From contig CP060262.1 of NCBI GenBank assembly GCA_022646745.1, forward strand, positions 1,740,001 through 1,772,000: a DNA stretch of 32,000 nucleotides, in the 5' to 3' direction. Both the position numbers and the translations under genes were made by a program. Under the pieces are notes generated by a model. The model was not told the origin of the DNA, made no database searches, and saw only the letters and a list, made by a program, of their open reading frames with translations. Origin of the DNA: Planctomycetales bacterium. Lineage in GTDB: Bacteria; 4484-113; JAFGCY01. Positions within the stretch are counted from its first letter, which is position 1, and every line of letters starts with the position of its first letter. Of the stretch, positions 1-8,228 are shown one piece after another.

Positions 1-1
1 C

Positions 2-319
2 GACACGCCCTTCGCGCAGGACAAGCCGGGCCGCCTGCTGCACCACCAGACCCTGATGACGCACGCGATGCTGTTCACCGGCGTGGACGTGGTTGACAAC
101 GACCCGCGGCGCTGGCGCGTGGAGAACTCCTGGGGCAGCGAGGGCGGCGAGCAGGGCTTCTACGTGATGAATGACAACTGGTTCGACGAATACATGTTCG
201 AGATCGCCGTACCAAAGGCGCTGCTGAGTGCTGAGCTGCAGCAGGCGCTGGAGGGCGAGCCGACAGTGCTGCCGGCATGGGACCCGATGGGCGCCCTGGC
301 CGGGGAGTGCATGGGCTGA
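2..319 (+). CDS. pepC: Aminopeptidase C / bleomycin-hydrolase-type cysteine peptidase (MEROPS C1B), C-terminal fragment; 5' end lies outside the window
   Basis: Open to the window edge in frame 2. Carries papain-fold C-terminal motifs: catalytic His in TLMTHAMLFTGVD, catalytic Asn in WRVENSWG, and GFYVMNDNWFDEYMFEI. Stop TGA 317-319 is followed by a terminator hairpin. Confidence 0.8.
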   Translation, partial: DTPFAQDKPGRLLHHQTLMTHAMLFTGVDVVDNDPRRWRVENSWGSEGGEQGFYVMNDNWFDEYMFEIAVPKALLSAELQQALEGEPTVLPAWDPMGALAGECMG

Positions 320-326
320 AATGAGC

Positions 327-352
327 GGGGCCACTGCGGTGGCCCCTTTTCA
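327..352 (+). terminator. Rho-independent terminator after pepC
   Basis: GGGGCCAC (327-334), loop TGCG, GTGGCCCC (339-346), then TTTTCATTT. Confidence 0.8.
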
Positions 353-363
353 TTTGGAGAGAG

Positions 364-1071
364 ATGAGCGAGGACAACACACAGCAGGAGCAGCCGCAGG
401 AGCCGAAGCGGGCGAAGTATGCGCCGGACCCGGGCTTCACCGCCGAGCGCGACCGGCGCATGATCGTGCTCAGCTGCGCGGTGCTCGTGGTGATGACGCT
501 CGTGATCTTCCTGATGGTGCGCCACCGGTACATCCAGCTGAAGGACGTAGCGCCGGTGAACGTGCAGATCTCCATGACGGACAAGCAGGTGATCCGCGAC
601 GAGGCGAGCGTGGTGGATCCGGCGGCCATCGTGGCCGACCCGGAGGGCAGCCTGGCCGTCTGGACGGAAAGCAGCGGCAGTGTGCTGTTCGTGCATGACA
701 AGAAGGGAGACCCGATCAACTGGGATGATCCGAATCCCTCGCTTGGGACGGTCTACTGGCTGGACTGCGGCCTGCCGGTGACGGCGGTCAAGCCACAGGC
801 ACCGGTGACGGGCGTCGGCGGGCGGATCCGCTTCTGGGGCCAGGTGGCGGCGACTTCAACGGACAAGCTTGAGTTCTCCGACAGCGTGGCCAGTGAGGTG
901 CTGCCGGAATTCGGCATCGAACCCGGCCAGCGCATCGCGATCTTCTTCGCCTCGGAGATCGAGGAAGAGGGGCGCGACACCCCGCTGGGTGAGGAGATTG
1001 ACCCATTGGCGGAAATCAGCGGAGCAGGCTCCGCTGGGCAGGGCAGTGCGGCGGACACCGCAGGAGAGTAG
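364..1071 (+). CDS. Hypothetical single-pass membrane protein with acidic C-terminal tail
   Basis: ATG preceded by GGAGAGAG. One hydrophobic helix ([20 protein letters not shown]). GC3-rich codon usage. No family recognised. Confidence 0.7.
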   Translation: MSEDNTQQEQPQEPKRAKYAPDPGFTAERDRRMIVLSCAVLVVMTLVIFLMVRHRYIQLKDVAPVNVQISMTDKQVIRDEASVVDPAAIVADPEGSLAVWTESSGSVLFVHDKKGDPINWDDPNPSLGTVYWLDCGLPVTAVKPQAPVTGVGGRIRFWGQVAATSTDKLEFSDSVASEVLPEFGIEPGQRIAIFFASEIEEEGRDTPLGEEIDPLAEISGAGSAGQGSAADTAGE

Positions 1072-1076
1072 CTTCA

Positions 1077-1625
1077 ATGGCCCATTGCTGGCATGACGTA
1101 CCGATCGGGGACAACGCCCCGCGCGAATTCAACGCCGTGATTGAGATCATGAAGGGCGGCAAGGTTAAGTACGAGCTGGACAAGCCCACCGGGCTGATGC
1201 GGGTGGACCGCGTGCTCTACAGCTCCGTGTTCTACCCGGCCAACTACGGCTTCATCCCGCAGACGCTGGGCGACGACCACGACCCGCTTGACGTGCTGGT
1301 GCTGATGCAGGAGCCGGTGTTCCCGATGAGCATCCTGCGTGCCAAGCCGATCGGGGTGATGATGATGGTTGACCAGGGCGAGAACGACGAGAAGATTATC
1401 TGCGTGCACATGGACGACCCGGAGTACAACGGCTTTGACCACATCAAGGAGATCCCACGCCACCGGCTGTTCGAGCTGAAGGCCTTCTTCGAGGACTACA
1501 AGAAGCTCGAGGAGAAGGATGTGAAGGTGGAGGATTTCCTCGGCCCGCTGGACGCGATCACGGCGATTGAGAAGTCGATGGCCAACTACGTGAGCAAGTT
1601 CGGCGAGAAGGGTGTCGGTGTCTGA
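1077..1625 (+). CDS. ppa: Inorganic pyrophosphatase, family I
   Basis: Typical family I PPase sequence: [27 protein letters not shown]-like [30 protein letters not shown] lies 8 nt upstream. Confidence 0.93.
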   Translation: MAHCWHDVPIGDNAPREFNAVIEIMKGGKVKYELDKPTGLMRVDRVLYSSVFYPANYGFIPQTLGDDHDPLDVLVLMQEPVFPMSILRAKPIGVMMMVDQGENDEKIICVHMDDPEYNGFDHIKEIPRHRLFELKAFFEDYKKLEEKDVKVEDFLGPLDAITAIEKSMANYVSKFGEKGVGV

Positions 1626-1750
1626 GAATTCCGGGATTTGTGATTTATCTTTGATTTAACCGGACTTAAAGAACCGATCTTGATTAATAATGGTCTAGTG
1701 TCTTGGTGGGGTCTGCCCCCGGGGCAAGGCACAAAGATCGGGAGTCAGGA

Positions 1751-3919
1751 TTGGCGCAGTTCGTGAATCTCAGTAACAGCATCCTGCTGATGACAATGCT
1801 CATGCTGGCGTTCAGCTGGGCATTGACTTCGATTCGCCGCTCCCTGCCATCCCTCCAGCGTTTCACCGGCATGCTGATGTTCACCGGGATCGCCCTGATC
1901 GCCAGCTTCGTGATCATTCCGCTGCAGGAAGGCGTGATCCTCAACCGCGGCGCTGAGCGCCTGCACTGGGTGGACCCGAGTGCAGCCACCATCGTGATCG
2001 CGCTGGCAATCGTGCTGGCCGGAGTGCTCGACGGACTGGTGACAGCCGTCGCCGTTGCCGTGCTGGCCTACTTCCTTAACGGTTCACTGAGCACGGTTAT
2101 GCTGCTGCCGGTGCTGTACAGCGTGGCGGCCGGGCTGGTGGTGCGCCATTTCTGGGGCCTGCACCGCGACTTCATCTCCAGCCGTGTACTGCTGCTGCTG
2201 GGCCTGGCGCTCAGCCTGCCGCAGGCCGTGCTGTTCTACTCGCACTTCCACAGTGCGCCGAACTTTGAACCCAAGGCCATGCTGGCCAGCATGGCGGTGA
2301 TCATCATCGCCTATCCGACCGCGGCACTCGTGATCGGCAACCTCGTCAGCCAGCCCTACCACCAGATCCTGCTCGAGAACCAGCTGCTGGATACCCAGGA
2401 ACGCAACCGCCAGATGGTCAAGCTGGCGGGCAATGCGATCGTGAACTTCAATGCGGACCTCGAAGTGATCGACTACAACGAGGAGGCTGAGCGGATCTTC
2501 GGCTACCCGCGGCAGTACCTGATCGGGCGCAAGTACCTGAGCCTGCTGTTCCCGAGCTACATCTGGGCGGGGATCGAGACGGACGCCCAGCGCGTGATGG
2601 ACGGCGGGCAGATCCGCGAGCATGAGGTGCAGGTGGTCAGCCGGGACGGCAAGGAAACCCCGATGATCTGGAGCTTCTCGCGCATCACCAATGCACGGGA
2701 TGAACCGCTTGGCATGATGGCCATCGGGCAGGACATCTCGCAGCGTAAGCGCAACGAACTGAAGCTGGCCGAGAACGAGGAGCGCGTGCGCCTGGCACTG
2801 AGCGGCGCGGACCTCGCGATGTGGGACTGGAACCTCGCAACCGAGGAGTTCGTCACCAATGATCGCTGGGCGGATATGCTTGGCTACGTCCCGGACGTGC
2901 AGGACACAGATGTCGCTTCCTGGGACGAGCGGATCCATCCGGAGGACCGCGACCACGTACTGGCCTGCATGGAACAGCACCTGTCGGGAGATACTGACAG
3001 CTTTGAGGTGGAGTATCGCATGCGCAGGCGTAATGGGGACTACCTGTGGGTGCTGTCCCGCGCACGTGTGATCCAGCGCAACGAGGAGGGCCAGCCGCTG
3101 CGCATGACGGGCACGCTGCTGGACATCTCGCAGCGCGTTGCCAGCGAGCAGGAACGCCGCCGGCTGGAGCGCCAGCTGCGCTACTCGCAGAAGATGGAGA
3201 CCATTGGCACACTGGCCGGTGGCATCGCACATGACTTCAACAACATCCTGCAGGCAATCATGGGCTACACCACTCTCGGCTCGACCCGCCTGCCTGATGA
3301 CCACCCGGTCCAGCATGACCTCGAGCGCGTGCTCAGTGCCAGCGACCGGGCCCGCAGCCTGGTGGACCAGATGCTTGTGTTCAGCCGCCAGGCCCAGCAG
3401 AGCCGCGCGCTGGTGGACGTTGAGCAGCTCTGCCGTGAGGTACTGCGCATCCTCGGCCCCCAGCTGGACCCGCGCGAGGACATCGAGGTGGTGCTTGATA
3501 TCGCACCGGACAGCCCGCAGATCCTGGCTGACCCTACCCAGATCCACCAGGTGGTGATGAACCTTGTGATCAACGCCCTGCATGCGATGAAGGACGGTGG
3601 CGGCAGGCTCGGGATCTCACTCAGGCGCCTGGACAGCGCTGCCGTTGACCTGGAGCAGACCGGGCTAGCGGAACCGCCGGCGGCCTGGCTGGAGCTCGTC
3701 GTCAGCGACACGGGTTGTGGCATCGACCCGAAGCACCTCAGCCGCCTGTTCGAGCCGTTCTTCACCACAAAAAGCGTGGAAGAGGGCACCGGGCTTGGCC
3801 TGTCGGTGGTGCATGGCATCGTCACCAACCATGGCGGTGCGATCAACGTGGACAGCGAACCGGGCCAGGGCAGCCGCTTCATCGCAGTGATGCCGGTGCA
3901 TGGCGACCTTGCCAGCTGA
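1751..3919 (+). CDS. Membrane-bound PAS/PAS sensor histidine kinase (no receiver)
   Basis: N-terminal polytopic hydrophobic region and two PAS-like blocks. H-box GIAHDFNNILQAIMGY, N-box VVMNLVINALHAM, G1 DTGCGID, G2 GTGLGLSVV. The start is uncertain: TTG 1751 has GGGAG 6 nt upstream; alternatives are TTG 1703 (ORF-track start) and ATG 1790. Confidence 0.85.
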   Translation: MAQFVNLSNSILLMTMLMLAFSWALTSIRRSLPSLQRFTGMLMFTGIALIASFVIIPLQEGVILNRGAERLHWVDPSAATIVIALAIVLAGVLDGLVTAVAVAVLAYFLNGSLSTVMLLPVLYSVAAGLVVRHFWGLHRDFISSRVLLLLGLALSLPQAVLFYSHFHSAPNFEPKAMLASMAVIIIAYPTAALVIGNLVSQPYHQILLENQLLDTQERNRQMVKLAGNAIVNFNADLEVIDYNEEAERIFGYPRQYLIGRKYLSLLFPSYIWAGIETDAQRVMDGGQIREHEVQVVSRDGKETPMIWSFSRITNARDEPLGMMAIGQDISQRKRNELKLAENEERVRLALSGADLAMWDWNLATEEFVTNDRWADMLGYVPDVQDTDVASWDERIHPEDRDHVLACMEQHLSGDTDSFEVEYRMRRRNGDYLWVLSRARVIQRNEEGQPLRMTGTLLDISQRVASEQERRRLERQLRYSQKMETIGTLAGGIAHDFNNILQAIMGYTTLGSTRLPDDHPVQHDLERVLSASDRARSLVDQMLVFSRQAQQSRALVDVEQLCREVLRILGPQLDPREDIEVVLDIAPDSPQILADPTQIHQVVMNLVINALHAMKDGGGRLGISLRRLDSAAVDLEQTGLAEPPAAWLELVVSDTGCGIDPKHLSRLFEPFFTTKSVEEGTGLGLSVVHGIVTNHGGAINVDSEPGQGSRFIAVMPVHGDLAS

Positions 3920-4030
3920 GCCGTTCACAACTGGTTAAGCCCCGGTTATCAATTCACAGACAATTCCCAGACCGGCCGTCCTGCGGTATCTATTAAGCAT
4001 AGGAATTCCCGGCGGGAACCGATACTGACC

Positions 4031-6202
4031 ATGCAGCTCAACAGGCCGGATCTGGAGATTGTTGCCATCACTGGCGGGCAGCCCGGTGCGCACGTCCCGC
4101 TGCAGGCCAACCTGATGTCCCCGGCACTGTTCATCGGCCTCTGTGGCCTGGCCGGCTGCCTCTACCTCGCACTGCTGCTCTCCCGCTCCCGCCGCCAGCT
4201 CGAGGCGATCCGGGGCCGGCTGCAGGAATCACATGACAACGAAGCGGAGTTGAGCGGCCGGCTGCACGTGCTGGAGCACAGCGCCCCGGACGCCGTGCTG
4301 ACGATCTCGCCGGAGGGCTTTATCGACGGCTTCAACCGGGCAGCCGAGCGACTGTTCGGCTACTCGGCGGCTGAGATTGTCAACCACCACTTCCGCGAGC
4401 TGTTCCCCGAGCCGGAGGACGGAGAGTGCCACCTCAACAGCGTGGTCCACGGCAATGGCAACGACCTCCTCGGCAGTGTGCGTGAGGTCAGCGCGCAGCG
4501 GCGGGATGGCAGCCTGTTCACTGCGGAATGCAGCGCGGCGGAACTGACCCGCAGCGGACAGCGCGGTGTGCTGGCGATCGTGCGCGACGTCAGTGCGCAG
4601 CGAATGCATGAGCGCCTGCTGGAGCAGAGCGAGCTGCGCCTGCGTGAGGCCCAGCAGCTGGCGCGGCTTGGCAACCTGGAGCTGGACCTGCAGGACGGCC
4701 GGATGTTCTGGTCTGATGAGCTGTTCCACCAGTTCGGCCTTGAGGCCGGGCAGGTCGAGCCGGACATGCGCCTGCTGATCTCGCTCGTGCACCCGGAGGA
4801 CCGCGACGGGATCGAGATGGCGATGGACAGCCTGATCCGCCAGGGCAGCTGCCATGAACAGAGCTACCGCCTGCTGCCTGGCAGCGGCCTGCAGCGCTGG
4901 CACCATGCGCGCTTCATCGTGGACCGCAATGAAAGCGGCCAGGCGCTGCGCCTGCTGGCAACCGTGCAGGACGTGACCGAGCAGCACAGCCTGGCGGAGA
5001 CACGCCGCCGGATGGAGGAGAAGCTGGACCAGATCCGCAAGCTGGAGACCATCGGCAGCGTCTCATCCGCGATCGCCCACGACTTCAACAACATCCTGAC
5101 GCCGATCATCGGCTTCACCGACCTCGGGCTGGAGGAGACTGAAAGCTCCAGCAGCGTGCACCGGCACCTGCAGCAGGTGCGCCGCGGGGCCAGCCGGGCC
5201 CGCGAGCTGGTGCAGCGCATCCTCTCATTCAGTGACTCACCACAGCAGGAGCCCAATCCGGTGGCATTGCGCAGCGTGGCCGAGGAGGTGCTCGGGCTGC
5301 TCAGTGTGCGGGCCGGCCGGCGCGTGCGCCTCGAGCTGCATGAATCCGGCGGGCCGCATTACGTGATGGCGGATGCCACCCACCTGCACCAGGTGCTGCT
5401 GAACCTCTGCACGAATGCGCTGCAGGCGATCGGCACCGGTGAAGGCCGCATCAGCGTGGCGCTGGAGACGGTGAACATTGACCTCGGTTCGCTGGAGCGC
5501 CTGCCAGCGCTGAAGCTCGGGCCGCATGTGCTCCTCAGCGTGCGGGATGACGGCAGCGGGATCAGCCGCCAGGACATGGAGCTGATCTTCCAGCCCTTCT
5601 TCTCCAGCCGGCCCGGCGAGGGCGGCAGCGGGATCGGGCTGTCGGTGGTGCACGGCATCGTGCTCAGCCACGGTGGAGAGATCGAGGTGGAGAGCCGCCC
5701 CGGCAGCGGCAGCTGCTTCAGGGTCTACCTGCCGCTGTGCCGCGAGCTGCCATCGCGCAGTGGTACGACTGGTGCTGAACTGGAGCAGGATGAACTTGAA
5801 CTGCGGGGGACTGGCGAAAGCATCCTGTTCGTGGATGACGAACCGGACATCAACCGGCTTGTGGTGCAGCAGCTGGAACGGCTGGGCTACCGGGTCAGCA
5901 CTTGCAGGCAGCCGGCACAGGCCCTGGACCTGCTGCGGGAGCAGCCCGGAAGCTTCCAGCTGCTGGTGACGGACCTGACCATGCCGCGCATGGACGGAGA
6001 GAAGCTGGTGCGCAGCCTGCGGGCATCCGGGGAGATGCTGCCGGTAATCATGATCACGGGATACAGCGAAGGCCTGCCACGGGATATCATGGAGGAACTG
6101 CGGATCGAGACGGTGGTTAACAAGCCGCTGGAGCAGAACTCACTGGCAAGCGCCATCAGGCGGGTGCTGGGTCCGGTTTCCGCAGTGCCAGCCAATGACT
6201 AG
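4031..6202 (+). CDS. Hybrid sensor histidine kinase (TM, two PAS, HisKA, HATPase_c, C-terminal receiver)
   Basis: H-box AIAHDFNNILTPIIGF, N-box VLLNLCTNALQAI, DDGSGIS, GSGIGLSVV. Receiver has ILFVDDEPD and LLVTDLTMPRMDG. The start could alternatively be ATG 4115. Confidence 0.88.
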   Translation: MQLNRPDLEIVAITGGQPGAHVPLQANLMSPALFIGLCGLAGCLYLALLLSRSRRQLEAIRGRLQESHDNEAELSGRLHVLEHSAPDAVLTISPEGFIDGFNRAAERLFGYSAAEIVNHHFRELFPEPEDGECHLNSVVHGNGNDLLGSVREVSAQRRDGSLFTAECSAAELTRSGQRGVLAIVRDVSAQRMHERLLEQSELRLREAQQLARLGNLELDLQDGRMFWSDELFHQFGLEAGQVEPDMRLLISLVHPEDRDGIEMAMDSLIRQGSCHEQSYRLLPGSGLQRWHHARFIVDRNESGQALRLLATVQDVTEQHSLAETRRRMEEKLDQIRKLETIGSVSSAIAHDFNNILTPIIGFTDLGLEETESSSSVHRHLQQVRRGASRARELVQRILSFSDSPQQEPNPVALRSVAEEVLGLLSVRAGRRVRLELHESGGPHYVMADATHLHQVLLNLCTNALQAIGTGEGRISVALETVNIDLGSLERLPALKLGPHVLLSVRDDGSGISRQDMELIFQPFFSSRPGEGGSGIGLSVVHGIVLSHGGEIEVESRPGSGSCFRVYLPLCRELPSRSGTTGAELEQDELELRGTGESILFVDDEPDINRLVVQQLERLGYRVSTCRQPAQALDLLREQPGSFQLLVTDLTMPRMDGEKLVRSLRASGEMLPVIMITGYSEGLPRDIMEELRIETVVNKPLEQNSLASAIRRVLGPVSAVPAND

Positions 6203-6572
6203 GATCCTCTTGGTAGATGATGACAAGGACGTGCGGGACGTACTGCACAGCATCCTGCTCAGCTCCGGCTATGAGGTTGAGGCTGTCGAGGACGGCGCAC
6301 AGGCCGTGGCCGCATTCAGGCTGTCCAGTTTCGACATCGTGATCACGGACATCGTGATGCCGGTCAAGGACGGGCTGGAGACCATCATGGAAATCCTTGA
6401 ACTCAGGCCCGGCACGAAGATCATCGCCATGTCCGGCGGTGGCCGGCTGGACAATGTGGACTTCCTCGAGACGGCGAAGGCGCTCGGTGCCTCGCTGACC
6501 TTCAACAAGCCCTTCAACCTGCGCGAGCTGATCGGCGGGATCGAGCAGCTGGCCGCAGAGCCGGCTGAGTAA
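6195..6572 (+). CDS. Single-domain response regulator (CheY-like receiver, no output domain)
   Basis: ILLVDDDKD, VITDIVMPVKDG, MSGG, NKPF. Its ATG overlaps the kinase stop by 8 nt (ATGACTAG). Confidence 0.9.
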   Translation: MTRILLVDDDKDVRDVLHSILLSSGYEVEAVEDGAQAVAAFRLSSFDIVITDIVMPVKDGLETIMEILELRPGTKIIAMSGGGRLDNVDFLETAKALGASLTFNKPFNLRELIGGIEQLAAEPAE

Positions 6573-6610
6573 GCCCCTGCCGCAAGCCGGCCGGGCCACG
6601 GACGCGCCGT

Positions 6611-6616
6611 TATAAT
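6611..6616 (+). promoter_or_regulatory. Candidate -10 box (TATAAT) for the dehydrogenase gene
   Basis: CCGTTATAAT sits in the loop between GCGCC and GGCGC arms, 32 nt upstream of GTG 6649. AGGGG SD lies 6 nt before the start. No good -35. Confidence 0.35.
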
Positions 6617-6648
6617 AGGCGCGCCACATTCACTATCAGGGGTAGATT

Positions 6649-7851
6649 GTGTCCAACGAAGCCATCAACAGAGCAACAGCACACTTCGGCAAACTGCTGG
6701 AGGACATGCAGGCCCGCGCCGAGCGCCTGAAGAACGAGCCGGACTGGCTTGACTTCGGATCGCTTGATCCGATCATCATCGGCATCCTGCCGGGCGACGG
6801 CATCGGCACAAGCATCGCCGCGGATGCGGAGTGGATCATGCGCCAGGTGCTGAAGGACGAGGTCGCCAGCGGCAAGATCGAGATGCGCAACATCGAGGGC
6901 CTGACCATCGAGCGCCGCGCCGAGGTCAACCAGGCCGTGCCGGACGAGGTGCTCGAGGAGTGCAAGCAGTGCCACGTGCTGCTGAAGGGCCCGACCACCA
7001 CGCCGCGCAAGGGTGACCCCTGGCCGAACATCGAAAGTGCCAACGTCGCGCTCAGGAAGAAGCTCGACCTGTTTGCCAACGTGCGCCCGGTGCAGATCCC
7101 GGAACAGGGCATCGACTGGACTTTCTTCCGTGAGAACACCGAGGACCTCTACGCGCTCGGGCCCTACGGCCTCGACGTTGACGACGACATCTCGATCGAC
7201 TTCCGCCTGATCACCACCCAGGGCAGTGAGCGCATCGCGCGCATGGCCTTCGAGTATGCGAAGAAGCAGGGCAAGCAGCAGGTCACGATAGTCACCAAGG
7301 CGAACGTCGTCAAGACCAGCGACGGTCGCTTCCTGCGTGTCTGCCAGGAGGTGGCGAAGGACTACCCGGGCATCAATGTCGACGACTGGTACATCGACAT
7401 CATGACCGCCAAGCTGATCGACGAGAAGCGCCGCCGCCAGTTCCAGGTGATGATCCTGCCGAACCTGTACGGCGACATCCTGACTGACGAAGCCGCCGAG
7501 ATGCAGGGAGGCGTCGGCACCGCGGGTTCCGCCAACATAGGCAAGCGCTACGCGATGTTCGAGGCGATCCACGGCTCCGCCCCGCGCATGGTGGACGAGG
7601 GCCGCGCGCAGTACGCCGACCCCTCGAGCATGATCCGTGCCACGGCGATGATGCTTGGGCACATCGGCTACCCGGCGCTGCAGAAGAAACTTGAAATGGC
7701 ACTGGACATCTGCGGCCAGTTCGAGCAGAAGGTCGTCACCACCGGCCGCGATACGGGGGCGACGGGCCATGAACTGGCGGAGTACATCCATGCCACGCTG
7801 ACGAGCTCCGACCTCGAGGAGAAGTGGAACGGTTTCAGGAGCCAGCACTAG
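6649..7851 (+). CDS. icd: Isocitrate/isopropylmalate dehydrogenase-family enzyme, most like isocitrate dehydrogenase
   Basis: LKGPTTTP...SANVALRKKLDLFANVRPV, NLYGDILTDEAAEMQGGVGTAGSANIG and MFEAIHGSAPRM parallel the Icd substrate and metal motifs. GTG start. Substrate assignment is not certain. Confidence 0.8.
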   Translation: MSNEAINRATAHFGKLLEDMQARAERLKNEPDWLDFGSLDPIIIGILPGDGIGTSIAADAEWIMRQVLKDEVASGKIEMRNIEGLTIERRAEVNQAVPDEVLEECKQCHVLLKGPTTTPRKGDPWPNIESANVALRKKLDLFANVRPVQIPEQGIDWTFFRENTEDLYALGPYGLDVDDDISIDFRLITTQGSERIARMAFEYAKKQGKQQVTIVTKANVVKTSDGRFLRVCQEVAKDYPGINVDDWYIDIMTAKLIDEKRRRQFQVMILPNLYGDILTDEAAEMQGGVGTAGSANIGKRYAMFEAIHGSAPRMVDEGRAQYADPSSMIRATAMMLGHIGYPALQKKLEMALDICGQFEQKVVTTGRDTGATGHELAEYIHATLTSSDLEEKWNGFRSQH

Positions 7852-7875
7852 GAGGTCAGACGAAAGTCTGACAAC
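7851..7875 (+). repeat. Left terminal inverted repeat of intergenic element A; contains a GNRA hairpin
   Basis: GGAGGTCAGACGAAAGTCTGACAAC. Stem GTCAGAC/GTCTGAC (7855-7861, 7866-7872), loop GAAA. Its first base is the G of the dehydrogenase TAG stop. Confidence 0.85.
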
Positions 7876-7908
7876 CACGCCTCACATGCGCTCCGCGTGG
7901 CAGGCAGT

Positions 7909-7945
7909 GGGAATAGTCTGAATAGTGCGAATAGTTGAAGAAGTG
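7909..7945 (+). repeat. Degenerate 9-nt tandem array (NNGAATAGT-type), forward copy
   Basis: gggaatagt ctgaatagt gcgaatagt tgaagaagt g. Related arrays are at 8044, 8171(rc), 12791, 26989, 27306(rc) and 31940(rc). Confidence 0.8.
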
Positions 7946-7953
7946 ATCGCACA

Positions 7954-7980
7954 GGGCAGGTCAACGGGCCTGCCCTTTTC
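7954..7980 (+). terminator. Rho-independent terminator for the dehydrogenase gene
   Basis: GGGCAGG (7954-7960), 8-nt loop, CCTGCCC (7969-7975), then TTTTCATATT. Confidence 0.7.
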
Positions 7981-7986
7981 ATATTC

Positions 7987-8013
7987 GGAGGCGCGCAACT
8001 TGCTTGCGCGCAA
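7987..8013. repeat. GCGCGCAA hairpin box, copy 1
   Basis: GGAGGCGCGCAACTTGCTTGCGCGCAA: an 8-bp stem GCGCGCAA/TTGCGCGC with a 5-nt loop. It matches 27090-27116 at 26/27 positions. Confidence 0.85.
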
Positions 8014-8043
8014 GGCGGCCGGGATTCAGTCTGGCAACGGAGT

Positions 8044-8092
8044 GGGAATAGTCTGTATAGTATTTGTAGTGCCAATAGTGGATTTAGTGAGG
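8044..8092 (+). repeat. Second forward 9-nt tandem array inside element A
   Basis: gggaatagt ctgtatagt atttgtagt gccaatagt ggatttagt gagg. Confidence 0.7.
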
Positions 8093-8170
8093 AGTTGGAC
8101 AGTGGACGGCATTTAGTTGCTGAATGCCGTTGGGCTGGCGAGCTGAATGCCCGCGCTTCATCCGATTCCC

Positions 8171-8199
8171 CACACTATTGGAACTATTCGGACTATCCC
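8171..8199 (-). repeat. Reverse-orientation 9-nt array (right arm of element A)
   Basis: cacactattggaactattcggactatccc is the reverse complement of gggatagtccgaatagttccaatagtgtg, which resembles the 7909 array. Confidence 0.75.
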
Positions 8200-8203
8200 A
8201 TCT

Positions 8204-8228
8204 GTTGTCAGACTCTCGTCTGACCTCC
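8204..8228 (-). repeat. Right terminal inverted repeat of element A; overlaps the RND gene 3' end
   Basis: The reverse complement GGAGGTCAGACGAGAGTCTGACAAC matches 7851-7875 at 24/25 positions. Its loop is GAGA (also GNRA) on the minus strand. It encodes the last six codons (GGQTRV) and the TGA of the RND permease. Confidence 0.85.

Noticed and set aside
2084-3583. 499-aa minus-strand ORF inside the first histidine kinase gene
   Set aside because: It lies antisense to a gene with clear kinase motifs. Its product is an Arg/Ala/His/Gln/Val-rich low-complexity string, typical of shadow ORFs in GC-rich DNA.
6610-7878. 422-aa minus-strand ORF opposite the dehydrogenase gene
   Set aside because: Shadow ORF. 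The plus strand carries unmistakable isocitrate/isopropylmalate dehydrogenase motifs, while the antisense product has no domain-like features.
7848-8116. ORFs 7925-8116 (+) and 7848-8075 (-) inside element A
   Set aside because: They span terminator and hairpin modules and AT-rich tandem arrays. They have no SD, and their codon usage is unlike that of genuine genes here.
7851-8228. Classical MITE or IS element
   Set aside because: Terminal inverted repeats are present, but I see no flanking target-site duplication and no transposase. The termini coincide exactly with gene ends. I report it as a REP/BIME-like structured element instead.
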